From the NCBI GenBank assembly GCA_043767805.1, contig JAYUGC010000182.1:1-48425 (forward strand): a stretch of 48,425 bases of DNA. The letters are read 5' to 3'. The stretch comes from Pseudomonadota bacterium. GTDB taxonomy: Bacteria > Bdellovibrionota > FAC87 > UBA2466. A program made the position numbers and the translations under genes. Of the stretch, positions 45,714-48,425 are shown piece by piece. The notes below the pieces were generated by a model that worked only from the letters and a program-made list of their open reading frames with translations, searched no databases and was not told the DNA's origin. Each line of letters begins with the position of its first letter. The first letter of the stretch is position 1.

Positions 45714-47175
45714 GGTCGAGCCACCGCTGAGGGAGAATGCCGATCTGGAGGGTCAGCAGGACTAGCGCGGACGCCGTGAGGAGGACGCCGCGAGAGAGGC
45801 GGTTCGAGCCGAGCTCCGTGACTGGGTCGCGCATGTACATGAACACCAGGACGCGCAGGTAGTAGTAAACCGAAACCAGACTGCAGAGCACCGCGATGAT
45901 GACTAGGTTCGTCTCGCCCGCCTGCACTGCGCCGTAAAAGAGCGAGTACTTCGCGACGAATCCCGCCGTCGGCGGAAGGCCCGCGAGCGAGAAGAGAAAG
46001 ACCGCGAGGGCGAACGCGAGGCCTGGACGGCGATTAGCGAGGCCCGAAAGATGGGGTAGCTCAAGGCCCGTGTCCGCCGGTCCCGAAAGCACCGAGAGAA
46101 CGCTGAAGGCTCCCATGGTCATCACCGAGTAGGTGAGGAGATAGAGCATTACGGATGCGCCTGTGTCGATTCCAGCGGCCGCCGCCAAAAAGCCCAAGAG
46201 CAGATAACCGCTGTGCGCAATCGACGAGTACGCGAGCATGCGCTTCAAGTTCGTTTGCGCGACCGCGAGTAAATTGCCGCCAATCATGGTGGCGATGGCC
46301 ACCGCGCGAAGGAGCGTGTCCAATTGCCCGAAAAAGAGCGGATTGCGATCCGCGGCGGGTTCCATGAAGAGGAAGAGGCGCAGAAAAGCCGCGAACGCCG
46401 CCACTTTCACCCCCGTCGTCATAAAGGCGGTGACAGGTGTGGGCGCGCCTTCGTAAACATCCGGCATCCACATGTGGAAGGGAACCGCCGCCACTTTGAA
46501 CAGAAAGCCCACGACGAGAAGCCAAGCGCCCAAGGTGTACACGAGAGTGCCCCGGCCGACCGCGCCCGCCTGCCAGAGGTCGTGGAGCTGGAGCGTGCCG
46601 GTGCAGCCGTAAAGGAGCGCGCCACCGTAGAGCAAGATAGCGGAAGCCGCCGAGCCCAGGACGAAATATTTCAGCGCGGCTTCGTTCGACTTACGATCAG
46701 TGCGGCGAAAGCCGACCAGAGCATAAATCGAAAACGACATGAGCTCGAGGCCGATGAACAAGACCAGCAGGTCTTCGGCGGAGGCGAGCAGCATCATGCC
46801 GAGGGTCGAGAGGAGAACGAGGACGTAGTACTCGCCGTGATCGAGGCCTTGGCGCTCCAAATAGCGGTAGGAAACGACTGTGACGGCAGCCGCCGCGCCC
46901 AAAAAGATCAAATTGAAGAAGTGCCCATAAGGATCGGAAGCTAAGGTGCGCCCGAAGAGCTGAGTGGCATCCGCTCCCATTTGCAGCATCGAGGCCCAAG
47001 CCGCTCCGCCCAAAAAGAGGAGGGTCAAAGCGGGAATGACGATTTTCGAAAGCTTGCGTTGTACCGAGAAGAGAAGCGTGGCGATGGCGCCCAGGAATAC
47101 CACGAGGTAGGGCAGGGTTCCGTTCAGCGTCTCCTGGCTGAAACTGAGCATGTCGGTTTGAATCAGGGTACTCAT
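45688..47175 (-). CDS. nuoN: NADH-quinone oxidoreductase subunit N
   Basis: EAALKYF, FKVAAVPFHMWMPDVYEGAP, KRMLAYSSIAH and SLAGLPPTAGF. Confidence 0.95.
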   Translation of the reverse strand: MSTLIQTDMLSFSQETLNGTLPYLVVFLGAIATLLFSVQRKLSKIVIPALTLLFLGGAAWASMLQMGADATQLFGRTLASDPYGHFFNLIFLGAAAAVTVVSYRYLERQGLDHGEYYVLVLLSTLGMMLLASAEDLLVLFIGLELMSFSIYALVGFRRTDRKSNEAALKYFVLGSAASAILLYGGALLYGCTGTLQLHDLWQAGAVGRGTLVYTLGAWLLVVGFLFKVAAVPFHMWMPDVYEGAPTPVTAFMTTGVKVAAFAAFLRLFLFMEPAADRNPLFFGQLDTLLRAVAIATMIGGNLLAVAQTNLKRMLAYSSIAHSGYLLLGFLAAAAGIDTGASVMLYLLTYSVMTMGAFSVLSVLSGPADTGLELPHLSGLANRRPGLAFALAVFLFSLAGLPPTAGFVAKYSLFYGAVQAGETNLVIIAVLCSLVSVYYYLRVLVFMYMRDPVTELGSNRLSRGVLLTASALVLLTLQIGILPQRWLDLMRVLHLP

Positions 47176-47179
47176 GAGC

Positions 47180-48424
47180 TCACTCCGCGGAAGGGTAATG
47201 GGAAGCCGGCACCACCGTCTGGCGCTGAACTACCTGATTCACGCTGGTTTCCATTTTCGAGAGAAAATAGTTGGGACAAAGGCCCATGACGAAGATGGCA
47301 ATGACCAGAGGCGCGAGAATGAGGGCCTCTCTCGTCGATAAATCTCTCAAGCCCTCGTTTTCTTTAAGCAGCACCTTACCGAGCATGGTGCGCTGGTAGA
47401 GCCAAAGCATGTACACCGCGCCGAGCACGACACCCAAGGCGGAAACCGCGGCTACATACGGCGCTTGCAGGAACGTGCCGAGTAAAATCAGAAATTCACC
47501 CACGAAGCCGTTCGTACCCGGGAGCGCGATGGACGACAAGGTGACGATGAGAAAAGCGATGGCGAAGAGGGGCATCACCCGGGCCAGTCCGCCAAAGTCC
47601 CCGACTTCTCGGGTGTGGCGCCGGTCGTAGAACATTCCCACCAGAAAGAAGAGTCCTCCCGTGGATATGCCGTGGCAAAGCATCTGGTAGAGCGAGCCGG
47701 TCACCGAAAGTGGCGTCAGCGCGAAAAGGCCGACGACGACGTAACCCATATGGCTGACCGACGAATAGGCGACCAGCTTCTTGATGTCCGACTGGACGAG
47801 CGCCAGACACGCGCCATAAACGACGGCGATGGCGCCGAGCCACATGAAGGGCAACCGATAGAGCGCGACCGCTTCCGGAAAGAGCGGAAACGCGAACCGT
47901 AGGAACCCATACCCGCCCATCTTGAGGAGCACGGCGGCCAGAATCACGCTACCGCCAGTGGGCGCCTGCACGTGCGCGTCCGGCAGCCAGGTGTGAAAGG
48001 GAAAGAGCGGAACCTTGATGGCAAACGCTAAGGCGAACGCCAGAAAGAGTAGGGACTGAGGCGAGAGGTAGCCGCCGCCAGGAATCCGCACCCGGATCAG
48101 GTCGGAGAGCGCGAGCGAGTAGCTGCCGTACTGCACGTGAAAATGGTGCGCCAGGTAGAAGATGGCGACGAGCATGAGAAGTGAGCCCGCCATCGTATAA
48201 AGGAAGAACTTCATGGCGGCGTAGATGCGCTCTTTGCCACCCCAGATGCCCACCAGGAAGTACATCGGAACGAGCATGGCTTCCCAAAACACGTAAAAGA
48301 GAAACGTATCGAGGGCGACGAAAGCGCCAATCATGCCCGTCTCGAGGACGAGCATCAGGCCGAAGTAGCGGCGCGTGTCTACGCTGATCGATTCAAAGGA
48401 AGACAGAATCACGAGGGGCGACAA
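47180..48424 (-). CDS. nuoM: NADH-quinone oxidoreductase subunit M, 5'-truncated by the window edge
   Basis: FYVFWEAMLVPMY, IKVPLFPFHTWLPDAH, LLKMGGYG, KKLVAYSSVSHMG and LPGTNGFVGEF. Confidence 0.95.
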   Translation of the reverse strand: MSPLVILSSFESISVDTRRYFGLMLVLETGMIGAFVALDTFLFYVFWEAMLVPMYFLVGIWGGKERIYAAMKFFLYTMAGSLLMLVAIFYLAHHFHVQYGSYSLALSDLIRVRIPGGGYLSPQSLLFLAFALAFAIKVPLFPFHTWLPDAHVQAPTGGSVILAAVLLKMGGYGFLRFAFPLFPEAVALYRLPFMWLGAIAVVYGACLALVQSDIKKLVAYSSVSHMGYVVVGLFALTPLSVTGSLYQMLCHGISTGGLFFLVGMFYDRRHTREVGDFGGLARVMPLFAIAFLIVTLSSIALPGTNGFVGEFLILLGTFLQAPYVAAVSALGVVLGAVYMLWLYQRTMLGKVLLKENEGLRDLSTREALILAPLVIAIFVMGLCPNYFLSKMETSVNQVVQRQTVVPASHYPSAE

Positions 48425-48425
48425 G

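Noticed and set aside
1..48425. Prophage, IS transposase, rRNA/tRNA or anti-phage defence island
   Set aside because: No structural phage genes, integrase, transposase or recognisable defence genes were seen.

Overview
High-GC (about 60% by eye), gene-dense bacterial chromosome segment. Gene content suggests a Bdellovibrionota/Myxococcota-type organism (inference), based on the TPR-tamB-tamA synteny, a DUF222-like HNH gene and many secreted or lipoprotein genes. About 38 CDS are supported. Envelope genes: TPR protein, TamB, TamA/Omp85, MltD-like enzyme, beta-barrels and an FG-GAP lipoprotein. Housekeeping genes: dnaB, rmuC, corA, threonine ammonia-lyase, uup, a polar amino-acid ABC transporter, nuoN and nuoM. 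Also present are a CADD-like pABA synthase, a fused GltD/PyrK-like flavoenzyme and an HPr-kinase-like/glycosyltransferase cluster. No rRNA, tRNA, CRISPR array, integrase or transposase was seen. The most unusual signals are non-coding: (i) two related, doubly nested palindromic elements of about 200-240 bp (five motif arms with near-fixed spacing) that bracket an M48 protease gene; (ii) a terminated, structured + strand RNA candidate antisense to the RBS of a small Arg/His-rich membrane protein; (iii) sigma54-type promoters ahead of two lipoproteins that share a Cys-bracketed Ig-like domain; (iv) a REP-like 26-bp inverted repeat; and (v) an HNH insertion with a compositional shadow. All family calls come from motif recognition; no database searches were run.
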